DNA from: Halocafeteria seosinensis
Lineage: Eukaryota
Length of the DNA: 64,000 nucleotides
Assembly: GCA_001687465.1 (NCBI GenBank)
Contig: LVLI01000533.1
Coordinates: 1-64,000, forward strand
Reading direction: 5' to 3'
A program made the translations under genes and the position numbers. Below, in pieces: positions 1 to 12,400 of the stretch; within the stretch, counting starts at the first letter, position 1; every line of letters starts with the position of its first letter. Below the pieces are notes generated by a model. It was given only the letters and a program-made list of their open reading frames with translations, was not told the origin of the DNA and searched no databases.

Positions 1-82
1 GTATGTCATGTTGACCCGTCAATGTAGACATAGGGTGNTTTCCAGTTTGGTATATCGTGTGTATTCAATGGATGTATGACAG

Positions 83-850
83 ATGGCTCCACCAGAATCC
101 GCTTTTATCGCTCCCTGACGGTCTGTTTGGGTATCTACCAAAACTTCGAAGTTTGTAAGTTTTAGTCACTCTCCGGTTTGGCGTATTTGCTCTGTCCTGT
201 ATCTTGTAGAGGTTCTTCCCCATTTCGACGTTGTCGTTATGACTCGGAGATTGGGGACGTTGCTGGTTCAGTGACTTCAGTCTAACTGCTTCGCAAAAGT
301 ATTTACGTTACAACTGTGACCTGTGGTTCCCTGTGTTCCCCCACAGGGCACTCTGGGGAACGGGCCTGTCTCATCTATCACGGGATTTATTTCGTGGACT
401 TCCAAATTTGAGAAAACTGTATGTTTGTGTTATCTCAGTGGGCATACCGTTAAGGAGAATTAGTGATGCTGTCACGTGTGCTTTTGTTATCCCTACAGGT
501 GGCTTGAGAGAAACTCCCTCACACACCTTCCTGATGGTATATTCCGTAATAACCAAAAGCTTCGAATGATGTAAGTGAGGCCGCGTGTGAGTTTTGTGGT
601 TCTGAGTGTATGGTTATTGGAGGCTCAATTTGGAGCACGAAAGAAGCTTGGTTTCCATGAGGGCCTGAGGCGCTGTACGCCTAGTACGAGTTCGCTCATG
701 GGTCGTGGGGGAACAACCTACATCTAACACATCTTTGACCGGTTGCTGGTGCGACTGTGTCCGTTTTTTTTCCTGCAGACGGCTCCATAAAAATAATTTG
801 CTTAGTCTCCCAGAAAATGCGTTCCGGAACATGGCCATGCTGCATATGTT
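83..850 (+). CDS. Leucine-rich-repeat protein, partial; each 24-aa LRR is its own 72-nt exon
   Basis: Exons 83-154, 347-418, 499-570 and 779-850 are each exactly 72 nt, flanked by AG/GT, with phase-2 introns. They translate as WLHQNPLLSLPDGLFGYLPKLRSL, ALWGTGLSHLSRDLFRGLPNLRKL, WLERNSLTHLPDGIFRNNQKLRM and RLHKNNLLSLPENAFRNMAMLHML. The window starts at an intron donor (GTATGT). No downstream exon was found. Confidence 0.85.
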
Positions 851-1386
851 GTACGGAATTGAAACCTGGTTTCTTATTAAACGTGCATCGGTCATACACT
901 CTTGAAAAATTTTTGTCTCCCAGAACGCTGTTTGGTAACGATGGGGTCTGTGAGAGCAGTGCTCAATGTGATGACAGCCAGGTATGCCGGACGCCTCACT
1001 CTGCGGCTGACGGCCTTTTCTTCTGTCTGGTACAGTTAACATCCGCCAAGCGCCTGCACGTTGTTGTTAGGAGTCCCTTAAATGCGCAACGTGGGAGGAG
1101 GCTGATCTGACCATAAAGTTGCGTATTTGGAGTGGATCGACGCAGTTGCCGTCACCGTGAACCTGTTCATTAGAATCAGATGCTGAAATGCTCGTGAAAT
1201 GGTCAGCATTCTTCTGATGCCCTCTGTTGCTTAGTATGAACTCGACTAAATTCAAGTAAAATGCAATGCTGGGTACCTCGCTCGGAAAGGCAGTAGTTCC
1301 TGAATCGCCCTGTGACTTAGTCAGACTTACATACATGTATTGACCTGGCGCATGTATCCGTACTATCCGTTAGGCTAGGAAACGTC

Positions 1387-1568
1387 ATGAATCGCATGAA
1401 AATACCCTTTTTAGTGTTGATGGATTGTAAGCTATGGGCATCATGTTTTTCAGTACTATTCATTCCATCCACACAATGTAAGCTTCAAGATCAGTCCTCT
1501 CATTCTCCATCCTCGAATGCAATGTCAACCTCGTGTCGGGCAGTTCTACCTCTCTGAAGTCTCAAACT
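1387..1568 (-). pseudogene. Diverged duplicate of the last codons and 3' flank of the giant gene
   Basis: Aligns with 3350-3530. The minus strand reads SLRLQRGRTARHEVDIAFEDGE* versus SLRLPKGRTARDELDIQFEEGE* at the giant protein C-terminus (16/22 identical). Confidence 0.8.
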
Positions 1569-1973
1569 GCATTCTTCCTCTGATGATGTGCGAAACACTG
1601 CTGTAAAAGCAGCTGCTCAATCAAAAGTTTCCATTCAATCACCTACACTGGATTCGGAAGCTCGAGCTCCAAGAAACAAAACTTAACACAATTTAACTCG
1701 GGGTGTTGAAACCAAAGGGTAAATTTTAACCACTGCAACGGCAACTGTAGCACTAGAGACAGGATTGGAATGGCGACATCAAGAGGGCCACATGGATACA
1801 ATGTCCAATGACCTCCTAGCTTGAGTCCGGTCCGTTACTGAACATCAATCTACATATGTTAGTCCACAGGAATCCTTAATTGCTGAAGGTACAATACCAC
1901 ATCCAGTGTCTACATAGTAGACTGGAACTTAGCTTTAAATAGCCGCTCTTCATCGTGAATTCTAAGCTCACCA

Positions 1974-3017
1974 TCATTGACCTTGTTTCTGCTGCTTGCG
2001 CATTAAGTCAGCTGCCACGGCACGTGCTTTTGCGGTTGCTGCTTGCACACTAGGTTTGTCAACACCACTTCCACTTTGTCGTGTACTAGCTTGCGTGTTG
2101 TCGCCAGCTGCAGGACCTCCGCGCGAAGAAGGTGCAAAAGAAATCGTGCTGCGCGGTTCCATCTGTTTCCGTGTTTCTCGAAACTCCTCTTGAATCTGTT
2201 GTCGATAGGAAATAGAATCATAGTAGTCTTCAGGACCGTGTGCTTGCGGATCGAATAGTTCCGTTGGATAGTTCGAAGCGTATTCGTTTTCACCGTCTAA
2301 TCCAAAGTGCTCTGCAACTCTATCGAGAATGTACGGATTCTGGAACTCCTTTTTGCTCCGCAAATTTTCAGTAAAGTTATGTCCTTGTTCTGAATATTTC
2401 ATATACTCTGCAAATCTCTTGACGACGAACTCATCCGCGTGGCTTGGGTCCCGTTCAGGAGGCATTACTTTGTCAACAACCGCTTTCGCTTCGGATGTAT
2501 TCATCCTCCGTCGATGATCAGGTTCCCTCACTTGCTCAACATCCTGTGTTTTGCTCGAAACGGAAACGCCATTCGTCACTTGCTGGAAGAAAGACATGGC
2601 TCCCTCAGCATGTCTTTCCTGGGGAGCAGTGGTTTCCTCTTGGTCTCGGGGGTGATTCGCCGCCATGGAGTCGTATAAAATCGATCGAGAAGAGCTATCC
2701 ACAGTCGGATACGGTTCACTATACTCGATCGACGATGCTCCTCTACTCGTATCAGCTCCTTCTTCATCATTTGTGCACGAAGATGTCCCTGTAGTTCTAA
2801 CCGTGCTTTGGTCTTTGGACGACAAGTAAGTCCCCACAGACGCTGTCGCCCCTCCAGTGTTCTCGGCCTTCTCCTTCTCCACATGACGACTGCCTCCTCC
2901 ATTTGTTGTGGTCGCGTGTTGAGTCGCTGTGTCCTCCTTTGTCACCTCCTCCTCCTCGCTGTCGGAAGCTCCATAATCAACCAGACCTCCTCCCACTGCA
3001 TCCTCGTCGGACTCCAT
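1974..3017 (-). CDS. SAP30BP: SAP30-binding protein (HCNGP family)
   Basis: N-terminal GLVDYGASDSEEE motif. HCNGP core NFTENLRSKKEFQNPYILDRVAEHFGLD..EYASNYPTELFDP....EDYYDSI. Start taken at the ATG of MESDEDAV. Confidence 0.85.
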   Translation of the reverse strand: MESDEDAVGGGLVDYGASDSEEEEVTKEDTATQHATTTNGGGSRHVEKEKAENTGGATASVGTYLSSKDQSTVRTTGTSSCTNDEEGADTSRGASSIEYSEPYPTVDSSSRSILYDSMAANHPRDQEETTAPQERHAEGAMSFFQQVTNGVSVSSKTQDVEQVREPDHRRRMNTSEAKAVVDKVMPPERDPSHADEFVVKRFAEYMKYSEQGHNFTENLRSKKEFQNPYILDRVAEHFGLDGENEYASNYPTELFDPQAHGPEDYYDSISYRQQIQEEFRETRKQMEPRSTISFAPSSRGGPAAGDNTQASTRQSGSGVDKPSVQAATAKARAVAADLMRKQQKQGQ

Positions 3018-3461
3018 CGCACCGCTTTCATCCAGTGTGACAGGGTGAAATAGCCAACAACCAATACAACATTTCTCGTTTGAGAACATGAAAAGAAACA
3101 GCGCAACCAGGGCCGATCGTTGATTCAATGTAAATAAATTTGTGAAGGAACTGGAGTTGCAACAACACCTCTGGTAAAATGAATGAGCATAAGGCGCCGC
3201 ACAACTACCTGGCTTGTCCATTGATGAAACAGTATGCAAACGTACACGTGCAAAGATCGCGAAAGAATGAGACGGTGGCAGTACCCCATCACACAGGTGT
3301 TTAGGAATTCAAATACCAAACCTATGGCATGCTATGGAATAGTATGGTAATGAATCGCATGGAACTGCTCTTTTTGATTGTAATGGATTGTATGTTAACT
3401 ATGTACACCATGGTTTCCACTACTACTCATTTCATACAAGAAGCTTCGATATCCGTTGCTC

Positions 3462-6400
3462 TCACTCTCCTTCCTCGAATTGAATGTCAAGCTCGTCGCG
3501 GGCAGTTCTTCCCTTCGGAAGTCTCAAACTCCGGATGCTAGGCAGGTTCTTGACCGATTCCATGACTTTTTCGGCGCTTTTCTCCTCTCTATCGAATTTC
3601 TGTATCAGATTCCTACGGGACTCTTTGGACTTCCTCTTTTGTCGAAGCGCTTCGGCAGCTTGAGCAGCTGCAATAATTTGTTGGTCCTCTGCGGTATGCT
3701 GGACTCCGGTCGAAGCTTGCTTGTCAACAAGCTTCTGGTGCTCTCGCATCTTCATTCGTTCTTGCGGATGGGCCACATGGAAAAAGTACGGGTCATACCC
3801 CATTTTTAGCAGCTGTTCGATGTCTACGTCCTTGAGTTCCGTGTCGGTTGAAGACCCCAACAAACCATCTCTCATCTCCTTCTGCTTTTTCTCTGCCGCG
3901 AAACTTTCGTCAAATTCTGTCTCGTCAATTTCATCACCATCCGCTCCTTTTAGGTTCTTATCAATTCTGACTTTCATTTCTTTACGGGCCCGTGAGGCGT
4001 GTTCAATCTTATCCATGAGGTCCATGCGTAGCTTTTTCATAGGATTACTTCTGAAATATTCTTTCTTCAGCTCTAAGTCCTCTTCCTTCCTTGTCTCCTT
4101 CATAAAGGCTTCTAGCTCTTTCTTACGAATCTCGAAATATTGCCGCGCCAAGTATCCTCTGGAAACCGCTTGGATAGCGGTTGCAGCAACACGCTCCAAT
4201 TGGATACGTTGCAATCTTGCAATTTTTTCTCGAATCTTCGCAAATACACTCTTGCGAGCCCTCCAGCCTCGGTAACAACGTTGAATTTCGACCACAGATT
4301 TGCTGCGCTTGACCACAGCGCGCTCACGTTTCACTCTTCTGATCTGGGCACTGCGCCGCTCCCTTTGGGTTCTTTCATCCATTGCTGCGAAACCTAAGTT
4401 TGCTTTGTTGTATGCCATGGCGAGCAACCGGAGTCTCTCTTTTCTAGCATTTTCTGCCTCCATCATTTTTTTCCGTTCCTGGGTAGTGTCTTCGTCGAAA
4501 ATGCTACCACCTTTTAAGTGTTTCATCATTCGCATACCACCCCACAAATCTCTCTGTTTCCTCACCTGGCTCATACATTTGAAATACATAAGCGACAAGA
4601 GAAACATTCCATATTTCAATGTGTGTTCCGTTGAATTCATAGAGTGAACCGCTTTCTCCTTCGACTTCGTGGCCATTTTAATGCGATCCCTCGCATGGCT
4701 GGCGACGTTCTGTAGCTTCCATCGGTATTTCTCATCTACTCGTTTATCTCCGCCAACCATTCCACTTTTCCCCTTACTGGCAGTGTCGATCTGTGCAAGC
4801 TCCAAAATCCTTGGCAAACGCTTGTGCTTACCATGCACTACCAAGGCGTCGGACGAACCACTTGGTTCCGGTGGTGGGGATTCCTTCCTTTCCGGTGAAC
4901 TTTCTTTTCTCCCCGCCGCTTTCTTCCAAGATACACTTTCATCATCATTTTCGCAATACGAGGCTGCCGAGCTTTGCTTGTTAGCTTCCTTTACAACCTC
5001 TTCGCTCACCCGCTTACCTTCAGGCAAGATTGTCCCCGCAGGGTCCAGTCGGGAAAAGAGCATAGCTGTCTGGATGTTGTTGTCTGGATTCCCGAAAAGA
5101 TTTCGTAGACCGCGGACAGCATTGTTTACGCGCTCTCTCGCAGCTGTTCCAACCAATTTGAATTGTCGTGCCGCATCAGAAGCACTTTCAAACGGCCGGA
5201 GAGGACCGTCCTCTTTCAATGTGGGCACAAACCCTGCTATATGAAGTGAGGACTCGCGTTCGCCAAAGATCCACCCCTCTTGCATATAGTTTAATACATC
5301 ATCTATCAATCCATTGGCAATTTGCCGCGCTATTATTCTGTTAGAGTCGCTTTCCATCGCCTCAATTGCAGGAAGTCGCTGAATAGTCTGCGGATAATCG
5401 TGAAGTGCGTCAGTTGTAAAATATTCTGCGGTGGTTGAATAAGCACGGTGTAGCTCCCGGTCCAGCACGTTTAGTCGAACGTAGTTCTTTAGCTCCTGTA
5501 TTTCAAAGCTTAATTCAAAGATAGCATCTATTCTGGACACCCGTTGAGGACCACCACGAAGGTACGATAAGATGACGGAGGACTTAACGAAGTTTGTTTG
5601 TTTCTCGTTTGTTCTGATACGGAGTAGCTCTCTTTCCACTTCTGCCAAACGCTCCTTTATTGAAGCTACCGGTGCGCAAGGCTGCCAAGGCGGTAACGAA
5701 ACCGTTGAGCCATATGTGCTCCCGCCATATAGCTTTCCCTGGATCTCCATCTTCCGTTGGCGATCGGCGTTTGATACGAAGCCAAAGCCGGACTCGCGAC
5801 CAACTTTAGAGGCATCGGATGCTTCCTTTCTAGCGTGTTCTTTCATTTTCATTTCCTCTATTCTCAATTCCACCTGCTTGCGGGGTGTTAGGGGTTTATC
5901 AGGGTCACCCCAGCGGGCCAGAGCCCCAATTTCATTAATTGGGTCATTTGGGTCAAATCTCAAACGCTCCAGGTCTATCTCCCAACCAGTTCGTTCCGAT
6001 TTCATGTTTTCAAAGACTATATCTTTTTCATCCATTTCTTCTTTAATCTTCTTTTGCTGGTCGAGTAATGCCTGTGCTTGCCGCTGCAAGTCTTTTTGCT
6101 CAAGCTTCTCCGCTTCGTTGAGATGTACTTTTGCCTTCATCTTTGTCTGCACTTTCTCCAACAATTTCGCTGCTTTTTGCCCTTCTTCCTCTTCCAATCT
6201 GCGCATCATATCCCGTCTCTGACGTTCCAGCTCTTCGCGTTTTTGCAATGCTAGTTGACGTTGCTGCTCTGCATGTTCCCGAAGATGTTCTTGCACGATT
6301 GCCTGTTCGATTTGTTCACGCTCAAACACTTGTTTGAGAAGTTCTCGATCTAAGGCCCTTTCCAACTCAAGGAGCAATATGTTCCGGTCAAATCTCTGCT

Positions 6401-9400
6401 CCGCTCCATGAAGAACAACTGTGTCCAGTCTGTCTTGAGGAGAGGCAAGGACCCTGTCTATTTCATACAGTAGGTCCCGGCAACGTTGATCTACATCTGT
6501 GGGTTGAATGTCTTCCCCTAACTTTTCAACTTCTTCCTGGTAAGCTTCATCTAATCCCTTCAGTTCAACGTCGCTTTGCTTGACTGAGTATAACTTTGCC
6601 AGTAACATTTCCCTGATCCCGTTGCGCCGAACCTCATTGGCATGGCGGATGTCGCTGGTCCAGCGATTCAGCAGAGCAGTTCTCTTACTGTGAAGCAGCT
6701 CTTTGAGTTGCTCCGGACCTTTCTGCGGAATAGGTACCGCACTATACGTCTTGAGAAACAATGATGCGCTTTCATGAAATGTGAGATGGTCCAAGTGAAC
6801 TCTCTTTGGCTGAAAGATCTTATGGCTTTCCTCATCGTCGTTACCATCGTTACGGATTTCTTTGAGCATTTTGCTGAGTTTTTCCTCGCGAGACAAATCG
6901 TTGTCAGCATCATCGTGTTCCGCAGCGTCTATTTCATCAGGATCCTCGACGTCGAAAGATATGGTTGTGTAGCTGTCATCGTCAATGTTGTTGTCTTCTT
7001 GTTCCGCATTATCCTCTGTGTCTTTTGGTTGTACTCTGGCACTGTCCTCTCTCCTACGCCGTTCTGAAATCCACATATTTTGGTGTGCCTCGATTTTGTC
7101 CAGATACTCCTTCTTCTTTGAGCGCTTCACCTTCCTCTTTATGTGGATAGTCTTCGGTTGACGATCATGGTACCTGTTGAGAAGTTTCCGAACTTTTCGT
7201 TCAACCTTGTTCAAAGCGTCCATTCTCATGTTTTGTATCCTCAGCAACTCTGCTCGTTTGTACGGGCAATCCGGGAGGCTCTTCTCCTTTTCCGAAAGAC
7301 CCCCAACATCTTGCTCCATCTTCTTCCACATGAAGCCGTAGTCGCTATCGTCACTGTCGGAGTCTTCCCCCTCATCGCCTATGTCATTGACAGCGTCGTC
7401 AGCCCCGCTTCCAGGTGTACCAAGTTCCTCCTGCTTTGGCTCTTTAGCGGGAGCTGCAATATCTTCTTTGGCTGGTGGCCGTAAAGGGTGACGTGCTAGT
7501 AATTTGTCCACGTCAGTTTTTTCATCATCTTCAATAAGTTTCTTCGCAGCCAGAACATGCGGGTTTTTCTCTTTATGCTTCCTTTGGATTGGACGCTCGG
7601 AGTAGAACCCTCCCTCTTCAATCTCCTCATCACTGTCCTCCAAAACATCATGAAGCTCCGGATGAAGTACACGGTCAAGACTCATCCAAGCTTTCTCAGG
7701 CAGCGATAAGTCGTGCAGATTCTTACGCCTCACACGTTCGGCTGGTGTCATCTTCGCACGCTGTGGAGCTTCTTGGAGTTGCTCTTGGTCCTGTGCCAAT
7801 TTTGTTTGGAGGAATGGACCTAATCTTAAGTACTCAAGGTCTTCGATATCTACGATTGACAGGTCTTCACATATTAAGTGGACATCGCTACCCTGCGAAG
7901 GAACCGTGACGATGGTACTCGCATTCTTTGGTCGGCGCGACTCCGATTGCTCTTTATCCAAACTTTCATTGACCGCTTGTTCTGTTTGAGAATACGGCGC
8001 GGTTACAGGCAATTTTGTAATGTCAGCCCCAAAATGACCCTTAAGTTCCTCAAGGCAATTGTTAAAATGCTTTCGCGAGCGAATATCCTCCGATCGTAGG
8101 CGACGCAATTCCAACTCACGGTCACTCTCTGCTTGCCTCAGCGCTTCTATTCCTCCATCTATTTGTTCAAGCTCCTCCTCGCGACTGTGCAAGGCTCTAA
8201 CTTTCTTTGAAAACTTATTCTCTACCTTTTCGAGATGCCGAAGCACAACAGCTCGGACTTTGGGGAGCATAGGAATGTCCTCTTTTAGTGCTTCCTTAGA
8301 AATCTTACCTTTTCTAGCATGAGTCCGTCTGTTTGCCCCTGACGGTGGCTCATCACTTCCCAGAGTGTCAGATCCGGAACTTGAGGAACCTTCCTCAGAG
8401 CCTTCATCCGAGTCAGAACCTTCCTCCGACTCAGATGAAGAGGAGCTTTCGCTTTCCCGAGCACGTTTCTCGAATGCCTGGTTTTCGTATTCGTTAACAT
8501 CAAGGTCGGGATCGTCAGCGTCCGAATCGAGATCACCACGGGTTATATGTAGACCCTCCAGCGAGTGTCGCAGATCAGCTATTTTTTGCGATAATTCGCT
8601 CATCTCTCTCTCGCTTCGAACCAAAAGTTGGCCAACCAGATCTCTCTTTTTCCGAGCTAGGCGAATACTAGTTTGGATGTCTTGCAGCTCCTCACGACAC
8701 CGCGGTAGCCTTGCTGCTCGGTACTGTTGTTTACGGTGTAGCCCTTCCAAATAAGCCCTTACTGGATATGCCATAACTCCATCGACGCTAACGTTGTATG
8801 TTCCGGGTGTTCTCCCCTTAACGCTGACGCAGTATTTACCGGGAACAATCGGACCGTTTCCCGGTTCGTGCTTGAGCACTACCTTCCCGATTTCGTCTTT
8901 AGTATTCGGACAACACATGTGAGCTGCAGCATAGCCTACAGGAATCCTCATTTGAGACACTGCTTGTTCCGGAGGGACGTTATATGTTTCTGGTATGCTT
9001 TTAGCTAACGAGGGAGCGTTTTCTGGCGAAAACGAGGAATTGTCTTTGTCATAGAAAGTCCCTCTCAAGAATGAGTTCAAAGGGAAGCCCCCGGGCACTA
9101 AGTCCATCATGTCTTTGTCAGCCGCTGCGGAGCATTGTTTTACATCAGGGTCCGCGGGGTGAAGCAACCCGAATTGCTCTGAGAAGGAAAGGGCAACCAA
9201 GGGATTAGCTTTGGTTGATTTGTAGATGTCCTCGCTCTCTGTCGCCTTACCCTGATCCCATTTGTGTACTGCTGCAGAATTCCCTAGTTCCGTGGAAGTT
9301 GATGGACGTCGCACTGTGGAGTATCGCGAGCGGATGATCGGCGTGCTGGAAGTTCGGCCTCGTGTCTCCTTCGTGTCTCCAGGGTAGTACCCCACATCTC

Positions 9401-12400
9401 CGCTAGACAGGCAACACTCGCGGTATAGGTAAACTTCGCATCTTCCGGGAAGATACTCTGGTTCTTTTCCTTCAAACGAACCCGAAAAGGTAACTGTAAC
9501 TGTGATTCCAATGCATACTGGTTGTACTCCCGGTAAAAAGCTCTCTTTTTCGTAAACGCTGAACAGTTGGTCATCTTCCTGGTGGTCCTCTTGACGCGCT
9601 ATATCACCCAGTTTTCGCTGCTGGGTAATCTCTTGTTCACGTTCGTCCACAGGCAACTCGGCTCTCTGTCTAAGAATCGATGGTGGTGGTTTTGTACCAA
9701 AGAGAGTCCATGAAACAGGACCGATTCCCAGGTTTTCGAAGTCGCGAAACATTTGTCTGCCCAATCGCGTATCCTCTCTATTTGCTTGCACCGACGTCTC
9801 CGTGGCCGCATCTGCATCATCCCGAAGGAAATGCAAGGCGCTAACTCTAGACGGTCTATGTTCATGTATAAGCATTAAATGTTCGGCAGCACCATCTTCA
9901 TTCTTCAATTGGTGGATTCTAGCGGGCCCCACAGGAGTTGTCGCCGTTTTAGTCGCTGCGAGGTGCGAATTAGCCTCAGTAAACGCTGTGGAGGCACCGC
10001 TAAGTCTGCGTCTGATCGCCTTTCCTTGGTCTTTGAAGGAAATACTTCCGCGAGTTGAGGGCAGAAACTGATCTCGATAGTCGTCTTCGCTTGCGGAATC
10101 CTCGCTATCGGAGGGAATATTTTGTTTGCGTAGCGCAGCGGAAAAAACTCTTAACTTTGCTTCCTGGCTCAACCAGTCATAACTAAGCTGGCATCCCGCC
10201 GTTTCATTAGATGCTGCAGCCAAGTCCGCTTCTGCCAGTGGAGCGGGCCAGCCTCGCGGCCCATATGCAATACAATCTGACGCATACCCGGGTACGTCGA
10301 AGATGTGGTCAATAGTAGCATCTGGATGCAGTGTGCCTGAGGACACTTCTAGCAACTGTTCCGAATGCTTACTTTTCACCAAGGTGCATCCTTGGGCTTG
10401 CATTAACGAAACAGCAGCGACATTCTTTCTGTCACCGTCTGAGTCGCAGTATGCTAGGAAAGGAGAGTAATCAACGCATTTATTCCGCGACAGAGCTTCC
10501 TTCCTGCTCCGGAGACTTTCAACCAATTGTGATATGTCTTCGACCACGTATGAGCGACTGTTCATACCCAAATGAAACATACCCTGTCCTCCATCAGAGC
10601 CGTATGCCTGCAATAACATCTGGGCCCTGATGTCCGTCACAGATTTAAGCTCCGAAGGGGGGGTTCGAAGCAGCGCTAAAAGATCATCCCTTGTATAACA
10701 GGTTCCGATAAATCCAGGCTCTCCCCTGTGATACTTTGCTCTCCTTCGGCTTACGGGGTCCGAATATTCACTTTCATGCCCCTCTGGAGCTGATCGCTTT
10801 TGCTGTGCGTGAGCAGGCTGTTCTTTTGTCTTAGCATCTTTACTCTTTTTTTTGTGGTTTCTTCGAAACCTCCATGACATCAATTTTCTGAACATCCCTT
10901 TGAAATTGCGTCTTCCACGTTCGTTTCTCCCGGTACCAGGTTTTGCTTTATATTTGTCTTGAACGGAGTAATCTGAATCTGAGTCTGAATCAGAGACTGA
11001 TTTATTCTCCCCCTTGAATTCTGCGTCTTCTCTAGAGAGACTACTTTCGGCGTCACTCTCGGTGACAGACTCAGATTCATCGTACAACTCCGGCTGGAGA
11101 ACTTTGTCCAAACTAATCCAGTCTTGTTCCTCATTGCTCCGCATTAACGGCATTTTGCTTCTTGCTGAGAGCCCGCGAGCGATCGCAGCAATCCCAAAAA
11201 TCCTTGATGACGAATATCTGTCCCTCATCCTTTCGAAGTATTCGGGCTGCCCATGATAGTATTTGTTAATGGCCATAAAGTGATTTATATCCTCGACGCA
11301 ACTCATTCTAGATATTGAAATATTTATTGGCAACGGGTACTTCGTCATCTGTCTCAATGAGTCCAAATCAAGCGGAAATTTGTATTCTTGTTCCGTTTCA
11401 ATGGCATACTTTTCATCGTCAGGTATATTGGCAAACCACCAGGGGTGAAGGCGTACATCCATAGCGATCCAAGTTTTCTCGTACGCGTTGCGCTCATAAT
11501 GAGGTTTCCAGCGCGCTGTGGTGATAAAAACACGAATCTTCTTCATAACATCGTTTCCCTCCAGTTTTGCTGGGTCTTCGTTTTCATCAGTTACCATGAA
11601 AATACCGATATCATCCTTGTTTTCCGCGATCATGTCGTAAATTGACATCACAGAATTTATTTCAGTCATCGCATCCCGGAACCAGTCTTCTCGCTGAGGA
11701 TGACTCTTCCGGGTTTCAGTTTGTTTGACGTCGGACTCTGCCGTTTGTTTATCAGTATTACTTTCCTTGATACGTTGGGTTATGGCATAGAGCGCCTCCT
11801 TGATCATTGCAGTCTCCTCTTCGAGTACCTTGATATTCGTTATCGCCTGAGCTTCAACCTTCTCATTTTCCATGTAGCTGGTAGTCATTTGCTTTACATC
11901 CTTTACTAACTTGTTGGCCTCCGTCAAAAGCAATTGGCGAAAAGGTTTTCTTTCTACTCGTTGAGAGATTCCTCCATGAAAATACCTCGCATTAACGAAC
12001 TGCTTCTTCATTTTATCTTTGTTCTTCCTGGTTACTCGTAACCTCTTGTACTCTTCCTTTAGTTTATGGATTGTGTTCGTGGCGACGATCTTATCTTTAC
12101 TAAGACGGATTTGTTCCTTCTCAGCGTTCTCCTTCAAGAGTATTTCCTTCCGCTTTGATGCTCGCTTTTCCACTAACATTCGGCTCAGCCGCGCCCGTGC
12201 TTCAAGCAATTCTTCCTGTTTGTGCCGATCCATAGAGATCAAAATTGTGCCATACTTTTCCAGTGGAGCCAGAGCTTGAGCAGCAACGACTCGTTGTGCT
12301 TTTACGGCTTTGTAATGCTGTTTGTTTTTCTCTAACTGCTGCTCATGCTCGTACGCTTCGTCTCGTAACTGCCTAACTCGCGCAGATTCGTCAGGATTGA

